A DNA stretch of 64,000 nt from Parcubacteria group bacterium (GCA_041659505.1 JBAZYF010000005.1:57779-121778); one strand, 5' to 3'; numbered from the stretch's first letter, positions 9,223-19,346 are shown. The notes: generated by a model from the letters alone, not told the origin. Numbers and translations are program-made.

Positions 9223-9364
9223 GTCGCCTAAATTTTTCAGCTGGGGATAACTCGCGAGACCATTTTTGTTTTTGCTGTGAGCGAAGAGTAAAAAGCCTCA
9301 ACAGACGCAATAACAGCGCGTATAATTAAACCACAAATTTTGCCTTTGTCAAGCCAAAATTTGC

Positions 9365-9392
9365 TTGACAATAATTTGGCAATTGATAGAAT
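9365..9392 (+). promoter_or_regulatory. sigma70-type promoter of the repeat-fibre operon
   Basis: TTGACA-16nt-TAGAAT with extended -10 TG. Confidence 0.65.
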
Positions 9393-9532
9393 AAAAACAG
9401 AAAGAAAAAAAATTACCAAAATACAGTTGAATAGTTATTCCTGATTTTCGAAAAATCCTGTTGCGTTTATTATTTTATAACAAACGGAGTATGGAGAAAA
9501 AAATGAAAAAATTTGTGAATATTGTTAGTGCG

Positions 9533-9570
9533 AACCAACTTTGAGCAGTCTGCTTTGAGTTGGTTTTTTT
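9533..9570 (+). terminator. Leader terminator 1 of the repeat-fibre operon
   Basis: AACCAACT..AGTTGGTT followed by T-run. Confidence 0.7.
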
Positions 9571-9828
9571 ATAATCCGATTCGAATCTACGAATGAATGC
9601 GAATCTACGAATAAAAGAATAAAAGAATAAAATGCAAATTTAAATAGTGGGTGAGGAAAAATAAAAATAAAAAAGGTACCAAAAATAAAAAGTTGAAAAA
9701 GGAGGAATAACGTTGAAGCTGTAGTTTTACATAATGCTAAAGAGTTAGTCGGTGATGATTTCTTGAAGCCAATTTGGTCGCTTGTTTCCGTTTTTGGCGG
9801 AATAAGTTTCAGGAAGGAGCCAATAGCG

Positions 9829-9860
9829 AAACCGGACTGCGGGTCAGTGCCGGTTTTTTT
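9829..9860 (+). terminator. Leader terminator 2 of the repeat-fibre operon
   Basis: AAACCGGACTG..CAGTGCCGGTTTTTTT. Confidence 0.75.
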
Positions 9861-9910
9861 GTATTCTACGAATTACCTGCCTACGCTAAAGCTTCGGTAG
9901 GCGGGCAAAT
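9854..9910. repeat. Second copy of the 57-bp leader block
   Basis: Matches 4421-4477 with about 5 transitions. Confidence 0.9.
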
Positions 9911-10172
9911 ATATGAATGAATAAAAAAAGTACTTTGAGATTTTTTTGGAAAGTCGACCACTTCTAGTCAGGGAAAATTTAGCTGACTTGTGGTGGCTGG
10001 CTTTTTGGATAAGCGGTTATAATTTAGGCCCCCTTTTCTTAAGGGGGCGTGCCCTCCGGAAACGGGAGTTTAAATCAAAGTTTGCTTATCATGGAAAGTA
10101 TATCTCGTCACTTTTTGGCTAGTTAAGAAAAGTGACACCAGAGATCAGCTAGAAAGAGAGGTGCGAAATAAA

Positions 10173-10649
10173 ATGAAAAAAATTACAATGCTAAGCGCAA
10201 TCGTTTTTGCTTTTGTTATGACTGCTAATTTGGCGTTTGCTGGAACTGGCAATATGCAAATGAACAGCGTCCAAAATTCTGACAACGGAGTTTCTTCGAT
10301 GGCAACAACTGGTGATAATTATATCAATCAGGCTTTCTCAGGTGGAGGTGCTTACGTTAGAACGGGATCAGCGGTATCTTATACAGCCGGTGTAGCTGCG
10401 ATGAACACAAATGTAGCTGTCAATGGTGGCGCTATGCAAGTTGGCACCGTCAAGGGTTCCACAAACTATGTTCAATCAGGTGCTGGAACAGGAATGAATC
10501 AAATTAACCAGAACATGGTTCTTAGGGGTGGATCAATGGTGAATACCGGAGCAGCAGTTTCAGGTGCAAAGGGGATTTCTCTGATGAATACTAATGTTTC
10601 AGTCGGATGTCCTTGCACAACTAACACCTGCAATTCTTGCAGACGCTAG
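10173..10649 (+). CDS. Small secreted protein of two ~59-aa N/G/T/Q-rich repeats with Cys tail (candidate fibre/amyloid subunit)
   Basis: Signal peptide ending AFA; repeats NGVSSMATTGDNYINQ..VRTGSAVS..MNTNVAV and NYVQSGAGTGMNQINQ..VNTGAAVS..MNTNVSV; tail CPCTTNTCNSC; GAGAGGTG RBS. Confidence 0.75.
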   Translation: MKKITMLSAIVFAFVMTANLAFAGTGNMQMNSVQNSDNGVSSMATTGDNYINQAFSGGGAYVRTGSAVSYTAGVAAMNTNVAVNGGAMQVGTVKGSTNYVQSGAGTGMNQINQNMVLRGGSMVNTGAAVSGAKGISLMNTNVSVGCPCTTNTCNSCRR

Positions 10650-10710
10650 TTTTTTACAAAAAATTTTCCCAAGCGGAGACTAGCCTCCGCTTGGGGGGAA
10701 AACAAAGATT

Positions 10711-11226
10711 ATGTCAAAAAAGTTATTTATAAAATCGATCAATTGTCTTTCAATCTTCGCGCTGGTGTTTTTCTGTGGAATAAATTTGGTTTTGGCCAAG
10801 GAAAATAGCAGTGTGAATGTGGAAAGTCGGGTGAGCGCGACGGCGAATTCGGGTGGGAATACAATTTCTGGTTCCGGCACGATCACGACCGGCGATGCTA
10901 GTGCTTCTGCAAAATCGATTACTTTAGTCAATGGCGGGGAGAATGTGAAAATAGTGACGGAAGCGAGGGCGGAAACGGGCGGAAAGAATTCAACGGCCAG
11001 TGTGGAGGTGAATGGCGAAAAAGCGGTTTGCGCCGGTGATGATGACGGTTGCGAAGTGGAAATCAGCAGTGAGGCCGAGCTGGCCGAAGAAGAAAGGATC
11101 TTTCAAGAAGAGAAGCAGATCGAAGAAGCGATCGACTTGGATGAAGTAGAGCCGGAAAAAAATTTTGGCTCTACGGTGCAAAATTTTTTTTCTGGGATAG
11201 TGGGGAAAATAAGGAGTTGGTTTTGA
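10711..11226 (+). CDS. Secreted protein with one copy of the same repeat and an acidic tail
   Basis: SRVSATANSGGNTI..ITTGDASASAKS; amphipathic C-terminus FFSGIVGKIRSWF. Confidence 0.7.
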   Translation: MSKKLFIKSINCLSIFALVFFCGINLVLAKENSSVNVESRVSATANSGGNTISGSGTITTGDASASAKSITLVNGGENVKIVTEARAETGGKNSTASVEVNGEKAVCAGDDDGCEVEISSEAELAEEERIFQEEKQIEEAIDLDEVEPEKNFGSTVQNFFSGIVGKIRSWF

Positions 11227-11233
11227 ATAAAAG

Positions 11234-11315
11234 TGTCATCCTGAGCGAAGCCCGTACTTGGACGCTCAGGATGACAATTAGGGTTCAGGATGACAGAGAA
11301 AATGCGGGAATGACA
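11234..11315. repeat. REP-like palindromic element (GTCATCCTGAGCG type) with extra half-sites
   Basis: TGTCATCCTGAGCG..CGCTCAGGATGACA followed by TCAGGATGACA and GCGGGAATGACA. Confidence 0.8.
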
Positions 11316-11397
11316 AGGAGAGTGGCGGGGTATCTTTCTAAGGTTTCTCGTCAAGATAGGAATAATAATGCGAGGTTTTTTGTTAAGGGTGAGGAAT

Positions 11398-14184
11398 ATG
11401 CAAAAAATATCGGATAAAATTTTGAATAATGCGCTGGTGCTTCTGGTAATTTTGAACTTGGCCAGCTATCAGGTTGTTTTGCCGATTGCTATTTCGCGCG
11501 CGGATGATACAGACAGCGGGACAACGACAGAGGTGAAGGCGGAGGAAAGTTCTTCTGACTCGGACTCTGGGGCGGATAAAGAGGATGAAAAAATAGAGGA
11601 AGAAAAAAAGGCTGAAGTAGATGAGAAAGAAGACGCGACCACAGAGGAGAAAAAGAGCGATCTGAAAGTTGCTGAGCCTGAAGTCAAGCCAGTGCCGGAA
11701 GTTGATTTGGTGACAACTGGTGCGGGTTCGGCGGATGCCGATGAACCTTTGGTGGTTTCCGATGATGCAGTTTCGGCGGTTATCCAAAGCGACACGGCCG
11801 CAGAAGTTGAGGCCGAAAATACTTGCGCGTGCCAAAAAGATCCGGAGGAGAATAATGATGAAGAAAAAACTTGCTCGAGCGATTGTGCTTGTGGCCAGCC
11901 GGCAGATTGCCAATCAGCTGTGGTGCAGACGAATGTGGCACAGGAAGTGATCAACACAACGGAAGCTGTCGCGGTTACGGGCGAAAATACGATTGCGGGG
12001 GTAGTCGCGGGAATGAATTCAACAGAAGTTGTAGAACAAAACAGCGATCAGGTACAGGATGCTGATACTGATAATAATGCTGATAGAAATACTAATAAGG
12101 ATAATTCCGAGCCGGAAGCTAGCGAGGAAAAGCAAGCTCAGATCATCACGGGCGACGCCACTGCCGGAGCAGTGGCGGTCAATGAGATCAATACCAATAT
12201 CTACACGGACAACGGTGTGCAATATCAGCAAAATATCACAGGCGATTTTACCGGCGACATCAATCTGATCGAAACTTTCGACAGTGTTTTGGATAGCGCG
12301 CAAAAATTGAACGAAGAAAATCAAAAAGCGTTGGAAAAGGTGACGGTGACAAATGTGAACGTAGCGGAAAAAGTGGAAAATACGGTTCTGGCGAACGCGA
12401 ACAGCGGGGATAATTTGGTTGAGGCGCTAGACTCCGCGGCGGAAATCGTGACCGGTAGTGCCCAGGCGCTGGCGGGCGCGGTTAACTATATCAATACGAA
12501 CATCGTTGGAAATAATTGGCTTTTTGCGCAGATTAATATTTTGGGCAATTGGACGGGGGATTTAATCGTGCCGGGAGAAGGGCTGTTCGAACTGCCTTCG
12601 GCGGGAATGGTTTTTGAAAACATCACCAATATTAATCTGGCCAAAAGTATTACTAACTTTCTTTCTTCTGATGCGAACTCGGGGGATAATTCAGTGACTT
12701 CCGCAACGGGTGATGTGATGGTGGCAACGGGAGACGCGACCGCGACGAGTAATGGAACGACGCTGGTCAATACGAACATCGCTAATAATAATTGGTTCTA
12801 TCTTTTGATCAATAATGCCGGCAATTGGACCGGGCAAGTCTTTAATTGGAACAATGGCAACGCCAGTTTGGCGTATGAATATAATTTTGGCAGTCAAATG
12901 GGAGCTGACGCGCCAGTGACAAAAAGTGTCAGCGTGAATAATTATAATAGCGCGGAAGAGGTTAGCAACACGGTTGTGGCTCGGGCGAATACCGGTGAGA
13001 ATTCTATCTCCGAGGTAGTAGGCGATGCGACAATCGCGACGGGGGACGCGGTGGCGCGTGCCAGTGCGTTTAATTTTATCAATACGAACATCGTCGGCAA
13101 TAATTGGTTTATGGCGGTGGTGAATAATGCCGGCACGTGGAACGGGGATTTGGTTTTTGGTTATCCGGATCTGGCGGTGGATCTGTCAGCGGATAAAAAT
13201 ACGCTTGAGCCGGGGCAGAGTTTGACTTATGCCGTGAAGTATAAAAATAGCGGCCAGGCAAAATGTGGGAATGTTGAGCTGATGCTGTCACTGCCGGATA
13301 ATTTTTTCTACCAATCAGATAGTCTAGGTGCAGCGCGCAAAAACGGTAATGACTATTTTTGGTCCGCACCGGGCCTCAAGGCGGGAGAAGAAAAAACTTT
13401 TAGCGTGACGGTATTGCTCGATCCAAACACCGGAGCAAACGTGGCGTCTTTGGAAAGTGTGGCGGGAGTAAAAACGGACACGCAAGAAGTGGCGCTGGCG
13501 AATAACTATGCCAGTGAAAAAACCGATCTTATCTTTCTGGCTGATTCAAGTGTGATGATCCAAAACGGATTGCCGGAAAAAAATGGCAAGCTTTCTGTCA
13601 CACGACAAGAGGAGGCAACCGTTGCCGTCGGATCGATTTCCGGTCATAGTATTTTTGTCAAAAATTCCGGCAAGGACACACTCTATAATCTGGAAGTCAA
13701 AGAGGCAATCAAAAATCCGTCCGGAGAAACGATGGTGGAATATGTCTGGCCGATCGAGAAATTGAAAAAGGGCCAGACGGCGACGATCCAATATCAGATC
13801 TTTGTCGATCCAGCGATGGCATTAGGCGACTATAAATATGTTGCTTCTGCTGTGGCAATTGATTATTATGGCCGCCAAGTAGAAAGTAAAAAAGCTTCCA
13901 AGACCGTAGCGTTTATTGGAGGTGCTCCAGGTCAAACAAACGCATACGCTAGTGATGAGAATGGTTTGATTTCTCCCGAAGCTGTTTTAGCGCCAGAAGA
14001 AGTGAATACTATTCCGGAAGTTTTGGGGACAGCCACAGAGGCGAATAAAATTGCTTGGCAATGGTTTCTAGTACTCATGCTTGTCCCACTGGCTTTTTAT
14101 GCCCAACGAAAAGAGATTTATCGTTGGGAAACTATCCAGAAATTTTCCAGACAGATGGGCAGTTTTTTGAGTTCGTTTTTGTAA
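11398..14184 (+). CDS. Large membrane-anchored protein with four ANTGxN/TGDA repeats and DUF11-like Ig domains
   Basis: Repeats ending NTNIY, NTNIVGNNW, NTNIANNNW, NTNIVGNNW; PDLAVDLSAD..PGQSLTYAVKYKNSG..ANNYASE (DUF11-like); EVLG motif then C-terminal TM; GAGGA RBS before ATG 11398. Confidence 0.75.
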   Translation: MQKISDKILNNALVLLVILNLASYQVVLPIAISRADDTDSGTTTEVKAEESSSDSDSGADKEDEKIEEEKKAEVDEKEDATTEEKKSDLKVAEPEVKPVPEVDLVTTGAGSADADEPLVVSDDAVSAVIQSDTAAEVEAENTCACQKDPEENNDEEKTCSSDCACGQPADCQSAVVQTNVAQEVINTTEAVAVTGENTIAGVVAGMNSTEVVEQNSDQVQDADTDNNADRNTNKDNSEPEASEEKQAQIITGDATAGAVAVNEINTNIYTDNGVQYQQNITGDFTGDINLIETFDSVLDSAQKLNEENQKALEKVTVTNVNVAEKVENTVLANANSGDNLVEALDSAAEIVTGSAQALAGAVNYINTNIVGNNWLFAQINILGNWTGDLIVPGEGLFELPSAGMVFENITNINLAKSITNFLSSDANSGDNSVTSATGDVMVATGDATATSNGTTLVNTNIANNNWFYLLINNAGNWTGQVFNWNNGNASLAYEYNFGSQMGADAPVTKSVSVNNYNSAEEVSNTVVARANTGENSISEVVGDATIATGDAVARASAFNFINTNIVGNNWFMAVVNNAGTWNGDLVFGYPDLAVDLSADKNTLEPGQSLTYAVKYKNSGQAKCGNVELMLSLPDNFFYQSDSLGAARKNGNDYFWSAPGLKAGEEKTFSVTVLLDPNTGANVASLESVAGVKTDTQEVALANNYASEKTDLIFLADSSVMIQNGLPEKNGKLSVTRQEEATVAVGSISGHSIFVKNSGKDTLYNLEVKEAIKNPSGETMVEYVWPIEKLKKGQTATIQYQIFVDPAMALGDYKYVASAVAIDYYGRQVESKKASKTVAFIGGAPGQTNAYASDENGLISPEAVLAPEEVNTIPEVLGTATEANKIAWQWFLVLMLVPLAFYAQRKEIYRWETIQKFSRQMGSFLSSFL

Positions 14185-14215
14185 TTGATAAATAATTTTT
14201 TATATTTAAAACAAA

Positions 14216-17200
14216 ATGAAAAGGGTGAGAAAAAATGGACGCCGCTGGGCGTCGAAGATTTTTAGTATCTGGGTGATTCTTCTCCTGTTATTTCAGCCGA
14301 TCGGCACACCAGGAATGTTGGCGATCGCCGAAGAGTTGTCGCCTGCGCCGACGGTTGAAAAAGAAGCTTCTAAAGAAGCTTCTAAAGAAGATCCTAAATC
14401 AGAGGAGAAAGTTGAGGTTGAAAAAGAGGCGCCGAAAGCGGAAGTCGTTGCTCCGGTAGAAAAAACTGATCCGGTGCCAGCACCAAAAGAAGAGCCGAAG
14501 GGCGATCCAGTCGTTCCCGTTGAAAAACCGGCCGAAAAAACTGAACCTGCTGCCGCTGGCTCCATAAGCGATCCGATTGTCGAGGCAGAACCAGCAGGAG
14601 AAATTACCCCCGAAGCGGCTTCCACGGAAAAAGTTGATGGTGCAAGCATAACAGCTTCGGAAATGCCGAAAGTGGAAACGCCCGTCGAAGATGCTCCAGA
14701 TTTGACACAAGAAGTAAAAAAAGAAACTTGGTCGGTGGATGGCAAAAAAGCTACAACTAATGAACCGGTCGAACTGGAGAAGGAATATAAATTTCCGGGC
14801 GATGAGGATGTGAGCGTAAGATTTACGAAACTGCCGGAAAAGCCCGGCACGCTTTCGATCGAAGAGATTGGATTGAGTGATAAACAAGTGGAAGAGCTGG
14901 GCGCGCTTTCTAAGATTGCCTATGACATTACTTCGACGATGGAGGACGGCAGTTTTGAGTATGACTTGAGTTTGCCAAAATCAAAAGATGATAAGAATGT
15001 CCAAGTAAAATTTGCCGAAAAAATTTCCGAGCTGGATGATGCGAGAATTATTTCCGCTGATGATGTGACGGAAAAAAATGATTCGGTGAATGTGGAAAAG
15101 TTGGATCATTTTACGGTGTTTGTGGTAGTGGAGTGGAATTTTCCCAATAACCCAGACAATTCTATTGCCGATGATGGAATCGCTTCTAACCTGGCTAGAA
15201 ATATGACAGTAGTAGGGGCGACAAACTTGTTATTTAGTTCCTCTGGCGCAACAAGCAATTCAGCTTCTGCTGATCATTGGAATGGTGGTTCCGGAATAAA
15301 GTATTGGCAAGTCGAATTTGATTCCTCGGGCTATAATTCCATAAGATTATATTCCAAGCAAAGAAGTTCCAATACCGGTCCTCGAGATTTTAAAATTCAA
15401 TATTCTACTGACTCTGGGTCTGATTGGGCGGATATTTCAGGCGGTAATATAGTTGTTGCAAATAATTATACGGCAGGAGTTATCGCCGAACTTCATTTAC
15501 CTACTCAATGCAATAATCGCGCATCTGTCTATTTGCGTTGGATTATGACATCGGATACTTCAGTCAGTGGCGGAGCTGTTGGAAATACTGGCGTGAGTAA
15601 TATTGATGATATCATAGTTAAGGGTGAAGAAATAGAAATCGTACCAGATGCAGACGGAGATGATGTTCCAGATTCACAAGACAATTGTATCAATACTCCA
15701 AATGGCCCAAAGCAAATAAACGACAATCAGCTGGATGATGACGGTGACGGACTTGGCAATGCTTGTGATATATTGAATTGTATAGCCACAGGCGAAGAAA
15801 GCTGTAACGATTTGGTGGATAATGATTGCGATGGAGAAATCAATGAAGATTGTGTGATTTCTTTTTGCGGAAATGGAACAGTCGATTTCGGTGAGGACTG
15901 TGATATCAACTCACAAAAGCAAGCTTGCCTTACTGACGGCGGATATCCCGGAGAGATAACTTGTGGCGAAAGCTGTTCGTGGAATAATTATTGCTATCCC
16001 ATAGCGGGATGCGGAGACGGAATTATGAATGGACCAGAACAGTGTGATGACGGAAATGAGATTTCTGGCGATGGATGCGAAAACGATTGTACAGTCACTC
16101 CACAAGCTGAATTTTGCGGAGACGGGATTGTGAACGGTGATGAAAAATGTGATGATGGGAATGTCGTGTCGGGTGACGGTTGCAGTGCGAGTTGTGAAGT
16201 TGAAAAGACTGGTTCGATTTCCGGCAAAAAATTTGAAGATTGTAGTGCGAACGGAATATTTGATCGTTGTGAACAAGGGATGCGTGGTTGGGCAATTTTT
16301 ATTGACAAAAACAATGATGGAATTTTGGACCCGGAAGAAAATGTCGCATTGACCGGCAAGGGGGGTTATTATATTTTTACCAATCTTTATCCGGGCACTT
16401 ATCGTATTTGCGAAGCGTCCAAAGCCGGTTGGATCCAGACAGCACCCGGCGAAGATGGATGTCACGAAGTGGTTTTGAACGGGGAAAGATTGACCGGATA
16501 TGATTTTGGAAATTTCAAATTGGGCACAGTGTCTGGCCGAAAATTCAACGATCTTAACGGCAACGGTTGGAAAAATTTCAATGAGCCCTATCTCAATGAT
16601 TGGACGATTAGACTGTATGATTCCACTTGGCAAAAAGTGGCGGAAACCGCAACGGCGGGAAGTGGTTGGGAAAAAGGTCAATATAGTTTTGATAGCCTTG
16701 AGCGCGGAACGAATTATATCTGCGAAGCGATGAGCGAAGGTTGGGAGCAGACTAGTCCGAAAAACGGCTGGAGCGTGGTAAACAATCTTTCGGGGATGGA
16801 GGATGAGGGCGCGAAATGTTGGAAGGTAGAGGATACTTGTTCAGGGAACGTATTTGCCGGAAAAAGTTTTGGCAATCATTTCACACCGCCTGCGCCGACG
16901 GGAAAAATTTCTGGCGTTAAATTTGAGGATACCAATGGTAACCAGCTGAAAGAGGAGAGCGAAGCAAAGCTTTCCGGCTGGACTATCTATCTGGATGCAA
17001 ATAATAATTCGCAAAAAGATCCGGGCGAGCTAAACACGATCACAGATGCTAATGGCTACTATGAATTTGTTGGACTGACGCTGAGGAATTATTATGTGCG
17101 CGAAGAGAATCAGGCTGGTTGGATACAAACTACGCCCTATCACAACAATGGCGCCTATTATGTCTCGCTCAACAAATGTCACCTGGAGGCGGGCGGAATG

Positions 17201-19339
17201 GATTTTGGTAATCGCAGGCAACCATTGGTCTATTGCGGTGATGGAATAGTGGAGCCGTATCTGGAGCAATGTGATGATGGCAACGCAATTTCCGGTGATG
17301 GATGCAGCGCTGATTGTATGCTAGAAACCGGATCGATCCATGGGTATAAATGGAATGATCTCGATGGAAATGGGACAAAGAATGGGGAGGAAGGGAATCT
17401 CTCCGGCTGGATGATCAATCTTTATCGATCAAATGGTGATGGATATGATAGCGAACCGATAGAGACAATGATGACGGATAGTAGTGAGCAGCATTTCGGT
17501 TGGTATTGGTTTCAAAATCTTCTGCCAGGGAAATATAAAGTCTGTGAAGTTTTGCAATCCGGTTGGGCGCCGATCTATCCTACTACCGACAAAGATGATA
17601 ATTGCCATCTAGTGACTTTGCCGGACGATAATTCTTTCAATTTTCGGGAATCAGAAAATGCCGTGACCGGACCTGAATATAATTTTGGCAATCAGCCAAC
17701 TTCTGATAAGCCGACGCTCAGGATTGAAAAATCAAATGATGCGTCAGCTCCGCAAGCGCCGGGCAGTGATGTGACCTATACGATCAAGGTAACAGCGCTA
17801 GCTAATCCAGTTTTGAAAGTGCAGGTGACTGATCTTCCACCGGCCGGTTTTATTTATCGCGCGGGCAGTGCGACTGGCGCGCCGTTTATCCATGAATATG
17901 CTTCGCCGGGTGTTTGGGATTTGGGTGATATGGCCGCCGGAGAAACTAAGACGCTTACCTATGTTGCTGATATTGATAATGATCAAGACTCGGGAACATA
18001 TAAGGATATTGCTTGGGCGAAAGGGACGGCTTCTTCTGGCGCGACAGTGTTTGCGCTTGGCAATCAAGAAGCGTCACCATTTTTCGTGGGAACAGATGTT
18101 GAGGTCATCGATCCAGTTACGGCTGATGTGGCACTTGCGGAAAGGACAGAAACAAAAACTAAACATAAAACAGAAACGAAACATCGAACTGTGATCGGGG
18201 AAGTTTTGGGCGCTTCGACAATGTTGCCGGAGACGGGGGCGGATACGACTTGGGTGGTTGTGGCTCTTCTCGCTTTGCTTTCCGGTTTGGGACTGATAGT
18301 TCTGGGGCGGAGAAAAAATAATTTAGTTAAGGTTGTTGAAAAAACAATGAAAATATTTATCCTGGTGTTTGTTTTTGGATCGCTCGCTATTTCTGGCGGA
18401 AACGCATTGGCAGACTCTGGCAATATTTCTGTCCAGATTGAACAGCCAAAATCTCCAAGCACGAATAATTTCCTTTTGGGATTTGTGGCGCTGGACATTG
18501 AGGGGCGTGCGATGACAGTGGAATGCTATAAAAATTCTGATACTGCGCCTTTTCAGACGATCAATTTTAGCAATGCGGGAGGAAATTCCGGCAATTGCAT
18601 TATCGACGAAAATATTGCTTCGACAGATGGGAACTATAGTTTTCATGTGAAGGCGAGCGCCGGTAGTGATACTGTTTCTAGTTCTGAGGTAGTAGTGGAA
18701 ATTGCGACTGATGCGCCGGGAACGCCGACAAATTTTAGCCATACAAAAAGTGGTTGCGCGCATAATATCAGCCTTATGACAGCCGATGATAGTGGAAAAA
18801 CCGTGCGGGTGGAAATTTATCGTTCGACCGAACCGGAATTTGTTGCGGACGAAACAACGCGAATATTTGGTGTGGATGCGAGTTCTAATCAAGCAGTAAG
18901 TTTCTCTGATAACGCGCCTGATTGCAATGAAACATATTATTATGTCGCGCGCGCTTTCAATCTGGCAGATGAAGGCTCGGGATTTGTGGGGGATGAAAAT
19001 GTAATTGTAAAAAAGAAAACAGACACTAATCACAAAACTAAAACGAAAACAATTCATCCTACGTCATTAAATGTGACGACGACTGGTGTGGGGCAGAGCG
19101 CAGGTGCTGGAGCGAACAGTGGAGCAGTAGCGGGCAATGAAGTGACGGGCGGGGAGCAACAGGGACAAGTTTCTGGCACAGAAAATAATCAGGAGATTGC
19201 CGGTGCGCAGACGGAAAATGCGGGAGACACTGGTTCTTTAGCTAAGAATGGAAATTTTTGGCTACTCTTAGCAGTCGCAGCAGGAGCTGGCTTATGGTAT
19301 TACAAAAAAAAGAAACAACCGGTGGCGGAGATTAAATAA
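14216..19339 (+). CDS. Giant surface adhesin: TSP3, Myxococcus Cys-rich repeats, SdrD-B domains, DUF11, internal LPETG signal, second signal-peptide-led module, C-terminal TM
   Basis: DADGDDVPDSQDNC, CGDGI..EQCDDGN..GDGC x3, GSISGKKFED/GTVSGRKFND/GKISGVKFED/GSIHGYKWND, LPETG at 18224-18238. Confidence 0.85.
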   Translation: MKRVRKNGRRWASKIFSIWVILLLLFQPIGTPGMLAIAEELSPAPTVEKEASKEASKEDPKSEEKVEVEKEAPKAEVVAPVEKTDPVPAPKEEPKGDPVVPVEKPAEKTEPAAAGSISDPIVEAEPAGEITPEAASTEKVDGASITASEMPKVETPVEDAPDLTQEVKKETWSVDGKKATTNEPVELEKEYKFPGDEDVSVRFTKLPEKPGTLSIEEIGLSDKQVEELGALSKIAYDITSTMEDGSFEYDLSLPKSKDDKNVQVKFAEKISELDDARIISADDVTEKNDSVNVEKLDHFTVFVVVEWNFPNNPDNSIADDGIASNLARNMTVVGATNLLFSSSGATSNSASADHWNGGSGIKYWQVEFDSSGYNSIRLYSKQRSSNTGPRDFKIQYSTDSGSDWADISGGNIVVANNYTAGVIAELHLPTQCNNRASVYLRWIMTSDTSVSGGAVGNTGVSNIDDIIVKGEEIEIVPDADGDDVPDSQDNCINTPNGPKQINDNQLDDDGDGLGNACDILNCIATGEESCNDLVDNDCDGEINEDCVISFCGNGTVDFGEDCDINSQKQACLTDGGYPGEITCGESCSWNNYCYPIAGCGDGIMNGPEQCDDGNEISGDGCENDCTVTPQAEFCGDGIVNGDEKCDDGNVVSGDGCSASCEVEKTGSISGKKFEDCSANGIFDRCEQGMRGWAIFIDKNNDGILDPEENVALTGKGGYYIFTNLYPGTYRICEASKAGWIQTAPGEDGCHEVVLNGERLTGYDFGNFKLGTVSGRKFNDLNGNGWKNFNEPYLNDWTIRLYDSTWQKVAETATAGSGWEKGQYSFDSLERGTNYICEAMSEGWEQTSPKNGWSVVNNLSGMEDEGAKCWKVEDTCSGNVFAGKSFGNHFTPPAPTGKISGVKFEDTNGNQLKEESEAKLSGWTIYLDANNNSQKDPGELNTITDANGYYEFVGLTLRNYYVREENQAGWIQTTPYHNNGAYYVSLNKCHLEAGGMDFGNRRQPLVYCGDGIVEPYLEQCDDGNAISGDGCSADCMLETGSIHGYKWNDLDGNGTKNGEEGNLSGWMINLYRSNGDGYDSEPIETMMTDSSEQHFGWYWFQNLLPGKYKVCEVLQSGWAPIYPTTDKDDNCHLVTLPDDNSFNFRESENAVTGPEYNFGNQPTSDKPTLRIEKSNDASAPQAPGSDVTYTIKVTALANPVLKVQVTDLPPAGFIYRAGSATGAPFIHEYASPGVWDLGDMAAGETKTLTYVADIDNDQDSGTYKDIAWAKGTASSGATVFALGNQEASPFFVGTDVEVIDPVTADVALAERTETKTKHKTETKHRTVIGEVLGASTMLPETGADTTWVVVALLALLSGLGLIVLGRRKNNLVKVVEKTMKIFILVFVFGSLAISGGNALADSGNISVQIEQPKSPSTNNFLLGFVALDIEGRAMTVECYKNSDTAPFQTINFSNAGGNSGNCIIDENIASTDGNYSFHVKASAGSDTVSSSEVVVEIATDAPGTPTNFSHTKSGCAHNISLMTADDSGKTVRVEIYRSTEPEFVADETTRIFGVDASSNQAVSFSDNAPDCNETYYYVARAFNLADEGSGFVGDENVIVKKKTDTNHKTKTKTIHPTSLNVTTTGVGQSAGAGANSGAVAGNEVTGGEQQGQVSGTENNQEIAGAQTENAGDTGSLAKNGNFWLLLAVAAGAGLWYYKKKKQPVAEIK

Positions 19340-19346
19340 CAGATAT

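Noticed and set aside
9697-9900. 67-codon open frame in the leader
   Set aside because: Preceded directly by TGA with no convincing start, and it runs through a terminator and a REP.
14360-14390. AAAGAAGCTTCT tandem duplication (KEAS repeat)
   Set aside because: Ordinary slippage in a low-complexity linker.
11383-19057. Long antisense ORFs opposite the large surface proteins
   Set aside because: Shadow ORFs of biased coding strands with no RBS or recognisable motifs.
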